Shown here: in pieces, positions 23,419 through 32,583 of the stretch
Layout of the letters: every line of letters begins with the position of its first letter
Position numbering within the stretch: position 1 is the first letter of the stretch
Origin: Acidobacteriota bacterium
Lineage (GTDB): Bacteria > Acidobacteriota > Blastocatellia > RBC074
Direction: 5' to 3'
Length of the DNA stretch: 35,501 nucleotides
NCBI GenBank assembly: GCA_016789645.1
Contig: JAEUQP010000341.1
Span: 1-35,501, forward strand
Program-made: the position numbers and the translations under genes
Notes under the pieces: generated by a model
What the model was told of the DNA's origin: nothing
Databases searched by the model: none
The model's input: only the letters and a program-made list of their open reading frames with translations

Positions 23419-23886
23419 TTACGGTTCGATTTCGACATTTGCCTTGATGATCTTGGCCAGCGGCAAGTGATGGCGTTTGCCATTTTCCTCTTCGAGGATT
23501 GCCGCTGTTTCGCCTTCTCGATCAAGGCCAATCAATTTGCCATGAAAATTCTTTTGCCCGTTGATGGCTTCCGACATCTTGATGTGAGAGGGAAGCCCGG
23601 CAAAACGTTCGTAATCAGACTCCTTATACAGCCCGCGATCCAACCCCGGTGACGAAACTTCCAACATGTATTCGCCTGGAATCGGGTCTTCCACGTCCAG
23701 GATCAGACTGATTCGTTCGCTGATATGCGCGCAATCGTCAACGGTTACTCCACCGGGTTTATCAATGAAAACTCGCAAGATTGGATTTCGTCCACTAGTC
23801 ATTTCGACGTGAACGAGTTCAATTCCTTCACGCGCAGTCACGCGCTCGGCAATCTCGCTGATTCGCGGATCTACCTTCAACCGCAT
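23419..23886 (-). CDS. rimP: ribosome maturation factor RimP
   Basis: 155 aa. Contains the LEVSSPGLDRGL motif. Sits immediately upstream of nusA, as in the canonical rimP-nusA-infB operon. Confidence 0.92.
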   Translation of the reverse strand: MRLKVDPRISEIAERVTAREGIELVHVEMTSGRNPILRVFIDKPGGVTVDDCAHISERISLILDVEDPIPGEYMLEVSSPGLDRGLYKESDYERFAGLPSHIKMSEAINGQKNFHGKLIGLDREGETAAILEEENGKRHHLPLAKIIKANVEIEP

Positions 23887-23941
23887 GCTCCTTCAGCTTT
23901 TGAGTATAGGCTGGAAACCAACTGTTTTTAGTGAGCCTGAT

Positions 23942-23966
23942 AAAAAAGGTGGGCGCGACGCCCACC
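23942..23966 (-). terminator. rho-independent terminator for the 24074-24619 gene
   Basis: On the - strand, GGTGGGCG-TCG-CGCCCACC (an 8-bp GC-rich stem at 23948-23966) is followed by TTTTTT (23942-23947). It lies about 110 nt downstream of the stop codon. Confidence 0.7.
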
Positions 23967-24073
23967 TCGAAAGTAAGCCGGATAATAGCCGGAAGGTTTT
24001 TTGAAATCAAGCAACTGACGGAATTTCACTGCGCGTATCTGTTTGAAGCAATTCGCCAAACCGATTTCAGAAG

Positions 24074-24619
24074 TTATTTGTCATCCTGATTTTTGACTAA
24101 AACCGAATAAATCACCCATTTGTTGTCAATTAATCCGGGGACGATTGTGTATTTGTAAGGCTTGCCATCAACCCTGTGCCGATACGACCGTAGAACTTCG
24201 TTGGGCGGAATGCTTGGCAGGGAAATCACATGGCCTGGTTGGTTATAAATTGCGTGAGCCAATTGAGCCAACTCTGTTTCCGAGGCCGTTCGGGAAATCA
24301 TCTTGGGAACGGTCGTTTGAATGATTTCGTTTTGCTGCGCTTGTGAGGCAGAATTTTTTTCCAGGATGGCATTCTTTTGCGCCAGATCGGCACTGACTTC
24401 ACTCAGCTTGTTTTCGGCGTTTGTGGCGCGCGTATTCGCCGCTTCGATTTTGCCATCGGCCACACTGTAACGTTGGTACATCAACGCGCTCAGCACCAGC
24501 GAACAGGCGAACAGAATCGTCATCACAATTAAAGTCCAGCGGAGCAGGGCGCGTTTTTCAGCTTCTATCTGCATCGTCTGGCGCCGAACCATGTCGTACT
24601 CTTGTTGGCTGTACATCAT
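24074..24619 (-). CDS. hypothetical single-pass membrane protein with a coiled-coil segment
   Basis: 181 aa. TM helix WTLIVMTILFACSLVLSALMY, then a helical Q/A/N-rich stretch and a globular C-terminus. No family recognised. Confidence 0.6.
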   Translation of the reverse strand: MMYSQQEYDMVRRQTMQIEAEKRALLRWTLIVMTILFACSLVLSALMYQRYSVADGKIEAANTRATNAENKLSEVSADLAQKNAILEKNSASQAQQNEIIQTTVPKMISRTASETELAQLAHAIYNQPGHVISLPSIPPNEVLRSYRHRVDGKPYKYTIVPGLIDNKWVIYSVLVKNQDDK

Positions 24620-24826
24620 ATCGTTAGCACTCTATCGTCAGTCCTTTTAGGAAAGTTTTGAAAAACGAATATTGGGGCAAAACTGCAAAAAAAAAATTTT
24701 AAATCAGGAGAAAAACTTCAAGGAAGGCATTCTAGCCTCTGAAAGTTCGACTGGCGAGAGCAAATCCACAAGAAATTTGTTGAATGGGATTTTTTTCCAA
24801 CCAGAATCACCATCAGTCTCGCCGTG

Positions 24827-26095
24827 TCATCGCTTATCACCTTCCATCACCCACTCTTCGTTGAAATGTGCGTGCTTGATGGATTTACGCTTTGGTTTTC
24901 CGTCAGAATCTTTTTCCAGATTGCTGCGATTCAGATGGTAACTGTAGCTGGCGTGAAGTGAACCATCTCGAGCCTGGATGATCGAAGGATAGGAAAAGGA
25001 ACCCGCTTCAGTCGGAGCGGAATCCAATTCCAGATGGCGAGTCCATTTCCAGCTTTTGCCTTCGTCGTCGGAAATGGAAACCGCCAGACTGTGCCTGCCG
25101 CGTTCCGTGTCATTGTAAATCAAGGCCCAATGGCCATTTTTGAGGCTGATCAGTTCCGCGCCGGAACCTGGGTTGGGCAGATTGCTGTCCGTAACAGGGG
25201 ACCAGGTTTCGCCACGATCCCGCGATTCGCTTTGGTGAAGTCGCTTGGGAGCAGGCCCGTTGTCGCGCATCAAGGTATACAGCGATCCATCTTTTCGTTT
25301 GACGATGCTGGGCTGGATGTTGCCGCCTCCAACCAACGGCGTGCTGGTTTTCCAGGTTTTGCCCCAATCGTCCGTGATCGCCATTAACGAAAACGAAAAA
25401 CCATCCGAATAAAGAGGGACGATTAAGCGTTGATTGTCGAGAACGATGGGATGTGCGCGCGTCATCCAACCGATGCGCCGGGAAAGTTTATCGGCAGCCA
25501 TTTTGCGCACGCGTGTCGAGTACGCTGACAAGGTTTCGCGCGGAGTTTCAGGAGAAAGAGCTTGTCGTTTTTCCCACTCGTCCAGGGTTCGATTTACGGT
25601 GTCGACAAATTCCTGTCCGGGAGTGACGTGCATAACTTCGCTGACTTCCCAGATGGGCGAGCCTTGGCCAGCGTACCGGCTGGAAATTTTGTATTTCATC
25701 AACGCAGTGTGCCATTCGTTTGCTAGAATGGTTGGCCACATCAGCCAAAGTCTTCTCTGTGGATCAATAAACATGGTGCAGTTGGTGTCAGGGTATCCGG
25801 GCGTATCGGCCATGGTAAACCGAGGGCTCCATTGTTTGGCTCCTCGTTTCAACCGAGCGCCTTCAATCTTGACATCATCCGCCTGGCGTTCGCCAGAACC
25901 GTTGAACCAGCAAATCAGCAAATCACCGTTGGGAGATTCGACGATGCACGAAGAATGGTTGTGCCAGTGTTCAAGCGGAAAAACGAATTCGGAATTGTAA
26001 AAAGGCTTTGCTGTCGAGACTGCTCGTGATTCAGGCAGTAGCAATGAACAAACGCCGACGGAAATCAGCGCCAGGAAAATCGCCAGTTTTTTCAT
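24827..26095 (-). CDS. secreted BNR/Asp-box repeat protein, exo-alpha-sialidase-like glycoside hydrolase fold
   Basis: Signal peptide MKKLAIFLALISVGVCSLL. Asp-box motifs TDDWGKTW, SRDRGETW and SDDEGKSW. Confidence 0.75.
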   Translation of the reverse strand: MKKLAIFLALISVGVCSLLLPESRAVSTAKPFYNSEFVFPLEHWHNHSSCIVESPNGDLLICWFNGSGERQADDVKIEGARLKRGAKQWSPRFTMADTPGYPDTNCTMFIDPQRRLWLMWPTILANEWHTALMKYKISSRYAGQGSPIWEVSEVMHVTPGQEFVDTVNRTLDEWEKRQALSPETPRETLSAYSTRVRKMAADKLSRRIGWMTRAHPIVLDNQRLIVPLYSDGFSFSLMAITDDWGKTWKTSTPLVGGGNIQPSIVKRKDGSLYTLMRDNGPAPKRLHQSESRDRGETWSPVTDSNLPNPGSGAELISLKNGHWALIYNDTERGRHSLAVSISDDEGKSWKWTRHLELDSAPTEAGSFSYPSIIQARDGSLHASYSYHLNRSNLEKDSDGKPKRKSIKHAHFNEEWVMEGDKR

Positions 26096-26234
26096 GTCTG
26101 TTGTTCGATCCCTTTACTTTTGGTTGTGTGGTGACAAGACAGTGGGAAATTGCGTGTGCATAATCGCATGGCTCGTGTAAAGACGGAAGGCGCAAAAGCT
26201 TGTTGCAGGGTGTGCATAAAAAACGACTGACGGT

Positions 26235-26240
26235 TATAAT
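26235..26240 (+). promoter_or_regulatory. candidate -10 box (TATAAT) for the adaptor gene
   Basis: Perfect TATAAT 69 nt upstream of ATG 26309, in the divergent intergenic region. There is no convincing -35 at 17-bp spacing. Confidence 0.2.
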
Positions 26241-26308
26241 GCCCGCTCATTGGCGAAAACTCTCTTCCGCTGATTTCAACCCAATACTTTTAAAGAAGCG
26301 TTCAAAAA

Positions 26309-27529
26309 ATGACTAAATCCTTTTTGAAGTTGTCCGCAATTTTTGTTCTATCTCTTTGTGTGGTCTTGCTCGGTGGATGCCGGCAGACAGACCCGCAGGC
26401 AGCGGCCTCCAGAGGGGGCGCTCCCGGAGCCGTCTTACCCGTACGATCTGTCAAGCTTGCCAACTCGGAAGCACGCAAATTGGCTCGCACGGTATCGTCT
26501 CCAGGGACGTTGGCTGCCGATGAACAGGCGACCCTGAGTTTCAAAGTGGCTGGCCGGTTGAGCGAATTGAAAGTTGATTTGGGAAGCCGAGTGAGCAGAG
26601 GGCAAATTGTTGGCCAGTTGGAAACCAACGATTTCAAGGTTCGATTGCAACAAGCCGACGCAGCACTTCAGCAAGCTCGTGTTCGTTTGGGACTGCCCGC
26701 TCTGGGCGACGATGATCGAGTGGAAACGGAAAATACTGCGCTGGTTCGTCAGGCGCGCGCAGTTTTGGATGAAGCGCGGCTCAATTTGGATCGAACTCGG
26801 CAATTGGTGCAGCAAGGGATTCAGGCCAAAGCTGAATTGGACCGTGTGGAATCAGCCTTCAAAGTTGCAGATAGTCGGTATCAGGACGCAGTTGAAGAAG
26901 TGCGTAATCGGCAAGCTGTTTTGTTACAACGTCGCTCCGAATTGGCTATCGCCAAGCAGCAATTGGCCGAAACCTCTCTCTATGCGCCCTTTGAAGGAGC
27001 GATACGGGAACGCCGAGCTTCGATTGGGGAGTTTTTAGCGGCTGGCGCACCAGTGCTGACGATTGTGCGGTTGCATCCACTGCGTTTGCGGGTCGAACTG
27101 CCCGAGCGCGATGCCAGAGGAATTCGGCAAGGGCAACCGGTTCGTGTCACCGTGGAAGGCGAAGAAGGAGAATATTCAGGGCGTGTCGCACGTCTTAGCC
27201 CGGCATTTCAGGAGCAGAGCAGAACTTTGATTATAGAAGCCGAAGTGGATAACCAAAATGGCCGATTGCGTCCCGGATCGTTTGTGAAGGTAGAAATTGA
27301 AACTGTCTCAACGGATGACGTCGTGATGGTTCCCTCATTGGCGATAGTCACTTTTGCCGGAATTCAAAAAGTCTTTACGGTTAAAGACGGAAAAGCTGTT
27401 GAAAAGAACGTCATCGTTGGTCGGCGGGCAAACGATTGGGTGGTTGTCGAAGGGGTAGATGCGTCCACTCCTGTCGTCATCGCACCCGGCACCTTGGCTC
27501 CTGGACAGCCGGTCAAGATTGAAGAATAA
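26309..27529 (+). CDS. efflux transporter periplasmic adaptor subunit (membrane fusion protein, HlyD/RND-MFP family), lipoprotein
   Basis: Lipobox VVLLGGC. Barrel-sandwich and coiled-coil hairpin pattern (G.IVGQLETNDFKVRLQQADAALQQA..., LYAPFEGAIRER, LRPGSFVKVEI). No pump gene is adjacent. Confidence 0.85.
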   Translation: MTKSFLKLSAIFVLSLCVVLLGGCRQTDPQAAASRGGAPGAVLPVRSVKLANSEARKLARTVSSPGTLAADEQATLSFKVAGRLSELKVDLGSRVSRGQIVGQLETNDFKVRLQQADAALQQARVRLGLPALGDDDRVETENTALVRQARAVLDEARLNLDRTRQLVQQGIQAKAELDRVESAFKVADSRYQDAVEEVRNRQAVLLQRRSELAIAKQQLAETSLYAPFEGAIRERRASIGEFLAAGAPVLTIVRLHPLRLRVELPERDARGIRQGQPVRVTVEGEEGEYSGRVARLSPAFQEQSRTLIIEAEVDNQNGRLRPGSFVKVEIETVSTDDVVMVPSLAIVTFAGIQKVFTVKDGKAVEKNVIVGRRANDWVVVEGVDASTPVVIAPGTLAPGQPVKIEE

Positions 27530-27743
27530 AGGCATTGGCCAACAATTTGGGTAATCATTGTTTAATAAATGGATGCTGCCTCGCCATGAGGTTTCCTTTT
27601 AAGGTTTTGGCTGGGAGTCGTGTAATTGATTGAGGCTAAAATAATTGTTTGAAAAATGATATGGGCTGGGGTAAGCTTCGCGCCGTTCTGACCCCCCAAC
27701 TGACAACTATTCAATTCTCCACAAAATCTTTGGAGTGTTAGCC

Positions 27744-28352
27744 ATGAAATCTCGAACATTTACCTCTCGTTCGCTAGCGGCTTTTTTACTGACGGCAGCA
27801 CTGGTTTTTTCAGGAAGCTTCACCACATCTACTTTGGCTGTCGCAGCACCTAAAACTGACAATCAGGTTGTCGGGCAGTTAAATGTCGTTGGGGCTGCCA
27901 CGATTAACGACAAGAAAGCGATTACGGGAACCACGGTGTTCAGTAATTCGCGCGTTGGAGTTGCATGTGCCGGTGGAAATCGGGCGACCGTGAATCTGGG
28001 AAAACTGGGGCGCGTGGAGTTGGCGCCTGGCTCCCAAATGGTTCTGAAGTTTACTGATGGAATGATCAGCGGGGATTTGGTGATGGGAAAGATTGTCGTC
28101 AATGCTCCAGTGGGAGTGAAGGTGGCGATCAATACTCCTGAAGGTGTTTCGGCTTCCGACGGCAAAGAAGCTTCGATGTTGGCCGTTGCCACTCAGCGCG
28201 GAGTGCGCTGTGTTCCGGTTGTCACCAGTCAATCGTCGTCAACAACGGCGCTCAGTTCAGGCGCATTGGCAGCAATCTTATTGGGAGCAGGCGGCGCGGC
28301 AGTCGCCGGAGCAGCATTCAGTTCGCAGCAAGCTTCCAGCACAAACCCATAA
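27744..28352 (+). CDS. secreted hypothetical protein, FecR-domain-like, with a hydrophobic Gly/Ala-rich C-terminus
   Basis: ATG 27744 after GGAG. Signal peptide MKSRTFTSRSLAAFLLTAALVFSG. A beta-rich middle region resembles FecR-type domains. The C-terminus reads ALSSGALAAILLGAGGAAVAGAAF. Confidence 0.5.
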   Translation: MKSRTFTSRSLAAFLLTAALVFSGSFTTSTLAVAAPKTDNQVVGQLNVVGAATINDKKAITGTTVFSNSRVGVACAGGNRATVNLGKLGRVELAPGSQMVLKFTDGMISGDLVMGKIVVNAPVGVKVAINTPEGVSASDGKEASMLAVATQRGVRCVPVVTSQSSSTTALSSGALAAILLGAGGAAVAGAAFSSQQASSTNP

Positions 28353-28516
28353 ATTTGAAATTGAGGTTGAACGGATTGTTATAGTTCATCTTCTGACCCC
28401 TCTCAGCCCCAATTGATAATTTGAGTAGTTCATCTGATTGGTAGCTAGGCAATCAGGCAGGCGTTGTTGAGAATTATTTTGCCTGCATCCCTTCCGACCA
28501 CCCCACCGCGTCTCAC

Positions 28517-29851
28517 GTGCTTGTTGTCGCAACAGGCGAGGGCACGTACGAGCAAATCAAAAAGAGCGTGACACTAACCATTAAACTGAACAATCTGGTT
28601 GTCAGAATTGCCTTGGTCTTAATGAGCTTGTTTGTGTTGGCGAATCTGGCTCGCACTTCTCTTTCTCATTTTTTAGTCAGAAATATCGCCGATTCGAGGA
28701 TTACGATGAACCAGGGTGCGCTGGCGGCGGCGGTCATTCGGCAACCGGAATCGGGCAGAATTTTGTTGCGTCTGGCGGGCACGGAAATCGAAGAATCAGC
28801 ATCTGACCCTCAACGATTGATAAATGCCCAGGCACTCGCGTTGAAAGCAGCAAGTTTGTCCCCTTGGGATTATCGAAATTGGCGGACTTTGGGATTGGCG
28901 CAAGATTCCGAAGGCAAATTGGAAGAAGCCACCTGGGCGATGAGAATTGCCAGCAAGCTGGCTCCCAACAACAGCGAAGTGAATTGGATGCTGGCCAATT
29001 TGTTGATTCGCCAAGGCAATCGCACGGAAGCTCTGCAGGCATTTCGGACAGCGACCCAATACAGCAATGATTTGCTGCCGGCGGCAATGGAAGTTGTCTG
29101 GCAGGCATTTGATAACGAGTTGAATGTGCTGAATTCCTTGGTAAGCAAAGACGCTTCTTCTCAAATGATGTTGGCTCAGTTTTTGCTCGAACAAGCTCAA
29201 ATTGATGACGCCATCAAGGTCTATCGAGGCATCACTGTTGAGGCGAAATTGAATTCCCAATCTGCGGCAGCTTTTCTGAGTCAGTTGATTAAGTTCGGTC
29301 GAGGTGGCGATGCCCGGTGGTTGTGGGGAGAACTTGTGGCGAATTATGGGCGAAGTGGGGCTCAAGAGGGGATGATCTGGAATGGCGGCTTTGAAAGCAC
29401 TGCGCCGAAAAACTTTGGGCACTTCGATTGGGCGATTCGCCCCAGCGATTATGCGCGAATCGGGTTTGATCGGAATATTTTTCGCAGTGGGCAGAGATCA
29501 CTCCGGCTGAATTTCATTGGGCGAGATACCACCAAGCTTATGGGGGACATTCAGTTGATGGTGATATTGAATGCAAATAAAAAGTACAGGCTTGAATGTT
29601 TTGCCAAGGCGACAAACCTTGTCACTCCCGAAGGACCACGAATTGCGTTGCAGAATGAAAAAGGGATTGTGGCAATTTCAGAGCCTGTCACTGGTGGCAC
29701 GACGGATTGGCAGCATCTGGTTGTCGAATTTACCGCGCCGGCAGACAGTGCCACGGCACAGGTTTCTATCATCAAAATTCCGCGTTTTGAGTATGAAGAA
29801 CCGACGAAAGGGTCGGTTTGGTTTGATGATTTCAAATTGACAGAAATGTAA
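28517..29851 (+). CDS. membrane-anchored TPR protein with a C-terminal carbohydrate-binding (CBM4_9-like) jelly-roll domain
   Basis: TM helix VVRIALVLMSLFVLANLA. TPR-like helices (NWRTLGLAQDSEGKLEEATWAMRIASKLAPNNSEVNWMLANLLIRQGNRTEALQAF). The C-terminal IWNGGFES...SLRLNF...VWFDDFKL is CBM-like. The start is uncertain: GTG at 28517 or GTG at 28565. Confidence 0.7.
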   Translation: MLVVATGEGTYEQIKKSVTLTIKLNNLVVRIALVLMSLFVLANLARTSLSHFLVRNIADSRITMNQGALAAAVIRQPESGRILLRLAGTEIEESASDPQRLINAQALALKAASLSPWDYRNWRTLGLAQDSEGKLEEATWAMRIASKLAPNNSEVNWMLANLLIRQGNRTEALQAFRTATQYSNDLLPAAMEVVWQAFDNELNVLNSLVSKDASSQMMLAQFLLEQAQIDDAIKVYRGITVEAKLNSQSAAAFLSQLIKFGRGGDARWLWGELVANYGRSGAQEGMIWNGGFESTAPKNFGHFDWAIRPSDYARIGFDRNIFRSGQRSLRLNFIGRDTTKLMGDIQLMVILNANKKYRLECFAKATNLVTPEGPRIALQNEKGIVAISEPVTGGTTDWQHLVVEFTAPADSATAQVSIIKIPRFEYEEPTKGSVWFDDFKLTEM

Positions 29852-29864
29852 CGGAGCAACTTGC

Positions 29865-31286
29865 TTGGTGCCAGCAGACAATCTCATTCGTGGGCGTTCT
29901 TCGGGAAAGCTGGATCAAACCGGCGAGAGTCGAGATGCTTTGGGCAATTTGATTGCGGTTGGTGCGCTTTTTTCATTGTTGTTTTCTGCGTTGGCTTTTG
30001 GAGCCGTTGAAGCGTGGTCTATTGCGGTCTTTGGATTTCTGGTGCTGTTGTTGGGGGCGCTTTGGATTATCAAGGCTTGGGGAGACAAACGACTGCGGCT
30101 GGTTTTACCGGCAACCTTCTGGCCTTTGGGCGCATTTTTGATTTTTGGAGCTTTGCAGACGGTTTCCCGCTCAGATGAAACCGGAAAGCGGTTCGCCATT
30201 TCGCTGGACGTGGAAGCGACCCGGCTGGTGTTGGAAGTTCTGGCGGTCTTGTTAATTGCGTTTCTGATCTTTGCCAACTTTTTTGTGAGCGGTCGGCGAC
30301 TGCTCTGGTTGAGAAGCTTTTTTATACTGTTTGGCTTGGGATTGGCCGTTTTTGGGTTGATTCAAAAATTCACCTGGAACGGTAAGTATTACTGGGTAAT
30401 TCAGCCGAGCTTACCTCCGACGGCTCCGTTTGGACCGTTCGTCAATCACAATCACTTTGCCGGGTACCTGGAAATGATTGCGCCCATTCCATTGGCGATG
30501 CTTCTGGTGCGATCCGTGCACCGCGAAATTTCGCTTTTTTATGGATTCGCGGCAGCGATGATGGGAGTTGCAGTATTCATTTCGCTATCACGCGGCGGCA
30601 TGATCAGCTTGTTATCCGGCTTTATATTCGTGATTGCGTTTGGGGCAAAGCCTGCACTGGAACGTTTTCGCGGTCAGGAAGTGGTCAATCGCACACCGGT
30701 GATTTTGGCTCAACTTCTGGCAGTTGTGTTGATTCTGGCCATTATCGCATTCGGAGTTCTGTGGACTGGAGCCGATGAGGTTGTTCAACGAGTTCAACAA
30801 GGTGAATTGAACAGTGGCGGAATGGATCGCGCTGATGGCGATACTCGGTTTCTGGATGGGCGGTTCTGGATTTGGCGCGACACGCTGAAAATGATTCGCG
30901 CGAATTGGCAAACCGGAGTAGGGCTGGGGGCTTATGAAACAGCCTTTCCGCTGTTCACAAAAAGCAATGGATCGTTGGTCGTCAGTCAGGCTCATAACGA
31001 TTACCTGCAAATTGTCGCCGATTGCGGAATCGTTGGGTTTGTTTTGGCAGTTTGGTTTTTAATTGCTCTTTTAAGAGATATCAAAGGCGCCATGCAGCAC
31101 CGAGAAGCAGTAATGTCCGGTATGGCGCTAGGTTGTGGCGGTGGAATTGTCGCCATTCTGATTCACAGCCTGTTTGATTTTAATTTACAGCTACCGTCTA
31201 ATGCGCTGCTTTTTCTGGCGCTGACGGCTGTGGTTTCTACCATTCGAATGGCTGCCACTAAGATGAGGCAATCATCAATCGAATGA
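29865..31286 (+). CDS. O-antigen ligase / polymerase family membrane protein (Wzy_C)
   Basis: TTG start after GGAG. Ten or more hydrophobic helices. Contains the SLSRGGMISLL motif and a periplasmic loop typical of Wzy_C proteins. Confidence 0.8.
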   Translation: MVPADNLIRGRSSGKLDQTGESRDALGNLIAVGALFSLLFSALAFGAVEAWSIAVFGFLVLLLGALWIIKAWGDKRLRLVLPATFWPLGAFLIFGALQTVSRSDETGKRFAISLDVEATRLVLEVLAVLLIAFLIFANFFVSGRRLLWLRSFFILFGLGLAVFGLIQKFTWNGKYYWVIQPSLPPTAPFGPFVNHNHFAGYLEMIAPIPLAMLLVRSVHREISLFYGFAAAMMGVAVFISLSRGGMISLLSGFIFVIAFGAKPALERFRGQEVVNRTPVILAQLLAVVLILAIIAFGVLWTGADEVVQRVQQGELNSGGMDRADGDTRFLDGRFWIWRDTLKMIRANWQTGVGLGAYETAFPLFTKSNGSLVVSQAHNDYLQIVADCGIVGFVLAVWFLIALLRDIKGAMQHREAVMSGMALGCGGGIVAILIHSLFDFNLQLPSNALLFLALTAVVSTIRMAATKMRQSSIE

Positions 31287-31349
31287 AAATCGGGAGCGCG
31301 GCGGTAATTCTTACCAAACCGCGCAACTCTCCCTGTTGGAGGTCTTGTT

Positions 31350-32513
31350 GTGAAAAAAGCAGTTGTTTTATTGAAACCGGTCGTTGGTCAGTTGGCCATC
31401 TGGATGTTGATCGTTTCCATAGTTGTCTCTTCTCCCGCGTTTGCTCAGCAGCCGCCAGTTCGTTCGGGAGTTCCAAGTACGTCTCGAACCGAAGGCAGCG
31501 GCAGCAGCGGTGATAGTTCAAATCAGGTCAGACCACGAGTTGGCCCGGATGTGATAGTCGCCGCGGACGAAGATTACAAATTGTCGCCGAGCGATGTGAT
31601 TGAAATTATCATTCAGGATGCGCCAGAGCTTTCCGGCAACTTTCAAATCAGCAGTTCCGGCAATATTCCGATGTATTACCTGGGTTCCCTGAAAGTCGAA
31701 GGCCGAACTCCTGACGAAGTCAGCAAAATGATTGCCGATGGGTTGAAGGGACGTTACTTGAAAGACCCCAAGGTGTTTGTTTCGGTCAAACAGTACAACA
31801 GTCGCACCTTTTTCATTCAGGGAGCGGTCAAATCTCCCGGCGTTTACATCATCCAAGGTCGCCCTTCGCTGTTTAAGCTGATTACGATCGCCGGCGGATT
31901 GCAGGAAAAACATGGCTCGACGGCTTATATCGTTCGCGAGGTGAAAGCTAAGCCGGAAAAGCTGGAAGCCAGAGGACAACAAGCAGAAACCAATGAAAAG
32001 GCTACGGCGACGCCCGTGGCGCAGGCAATTGATAACGCCAAAGGTTCGAATACTGCGATCGAAGGCGATACTGAGTTTGAATTACAGCGCGCGCAAATCG
32101 GTGGATTGTCAAAAGGCCGATTTGACCAAAATGTGCTGATTCAACCGGGCGACGTGGTGTACATTCCGCCTGCGGAAGTTTTTTATGTTTCCGGCGAAGT
32201 CCGCTCTCCGGGCCAATACCAATACCGGGAAGGAATGACGCTTCGTCAGGCGATCACTTTGTCGCAGGGGCCGTTCTTCCGGGCGAAGCTGGATAAAGGA
32301 ATTATCTTCCGCGAAGACCCCATGACCGGAAAGTTCAATGAAATCCCGGTCAACATTGGAGCCGTCATTAACAAAGGTGGCACGGAAGACATCCCCATTT
32401 ACCCCAACGACATTATTCTTGTTCCGAACAGCGCGGTGAAATCCGTGGCAGGCGCATTATTGATGGCGATGGGAACCGGATTGGCATTTCGCATCCCTGT
32501 CGGCGCGCGATAA
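31350..32513 (+). CDS. polysaccharide export outer-membrane protein (Wza-like, Poly_export + SLBB)
   Basis: GTG start after GGAGG. Signal peptide. Poly_export signature YKLSPSDVIEIIIQDAPELSGNFQISSSGNIPMYYLGSLKVEGRTPDEV. SLBB-like GDVVYIP. Confidence 0.85.
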   Translation: MKKAVVLLKPVVGQLAIWMLIVSIVVSSPAFAQQPPVRSGVPSTSRTEGSGSSGDSSNQVRPRVGPDVIVAADEDYKLSPSDVIEIIIQDAPELSGNFQISSSGNIPMYYLGSLKVEGRTPDEVSKMIADGLKGRYLKDPKVFVSVKQYNSRTFFIQGAVKSPGVYIIQGRPSLFKLITIAGGLQEKHGSTAYIVREVKAKPEKLEARGQQAETNEKATATPVAQAIDNAKGSNTAIEGDTEFELQRAQIGGLSKGRFDQNVLIQPGDVVYIPPAEVFYVSGEVRSPGQYQYREGMTLRQAITLSQGPFFRAKLDKGIIFREDPMTGKFNEIPVNIGAVINKGGTEDIPIYPNDIILVPNSAVKSVAGALLMAMGTGLAFRIPVGAR

Positions 32514-32583
32514 TCCCAGAAACAAACTCAACCGCTTCTCCCACCGAATGCGGTTTTCCTGCTGAGGTTAAGAAAAAGAGTTT

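Noticed and set aside
22816-23652. 278-aa plus-strand ORF
   Set aside because: It is antisense to nusA and rimP, both of which have unambiguous signatures.
24687-24700. A10T4 homopolymer tract
   Set aside because: It lies in an AT-rich intergenic region upstream of the 24074-24619 gene. It is most simply promoter or UP-element-like DNA, with no adjacent hairpin or coding context that would suggest slippage control.
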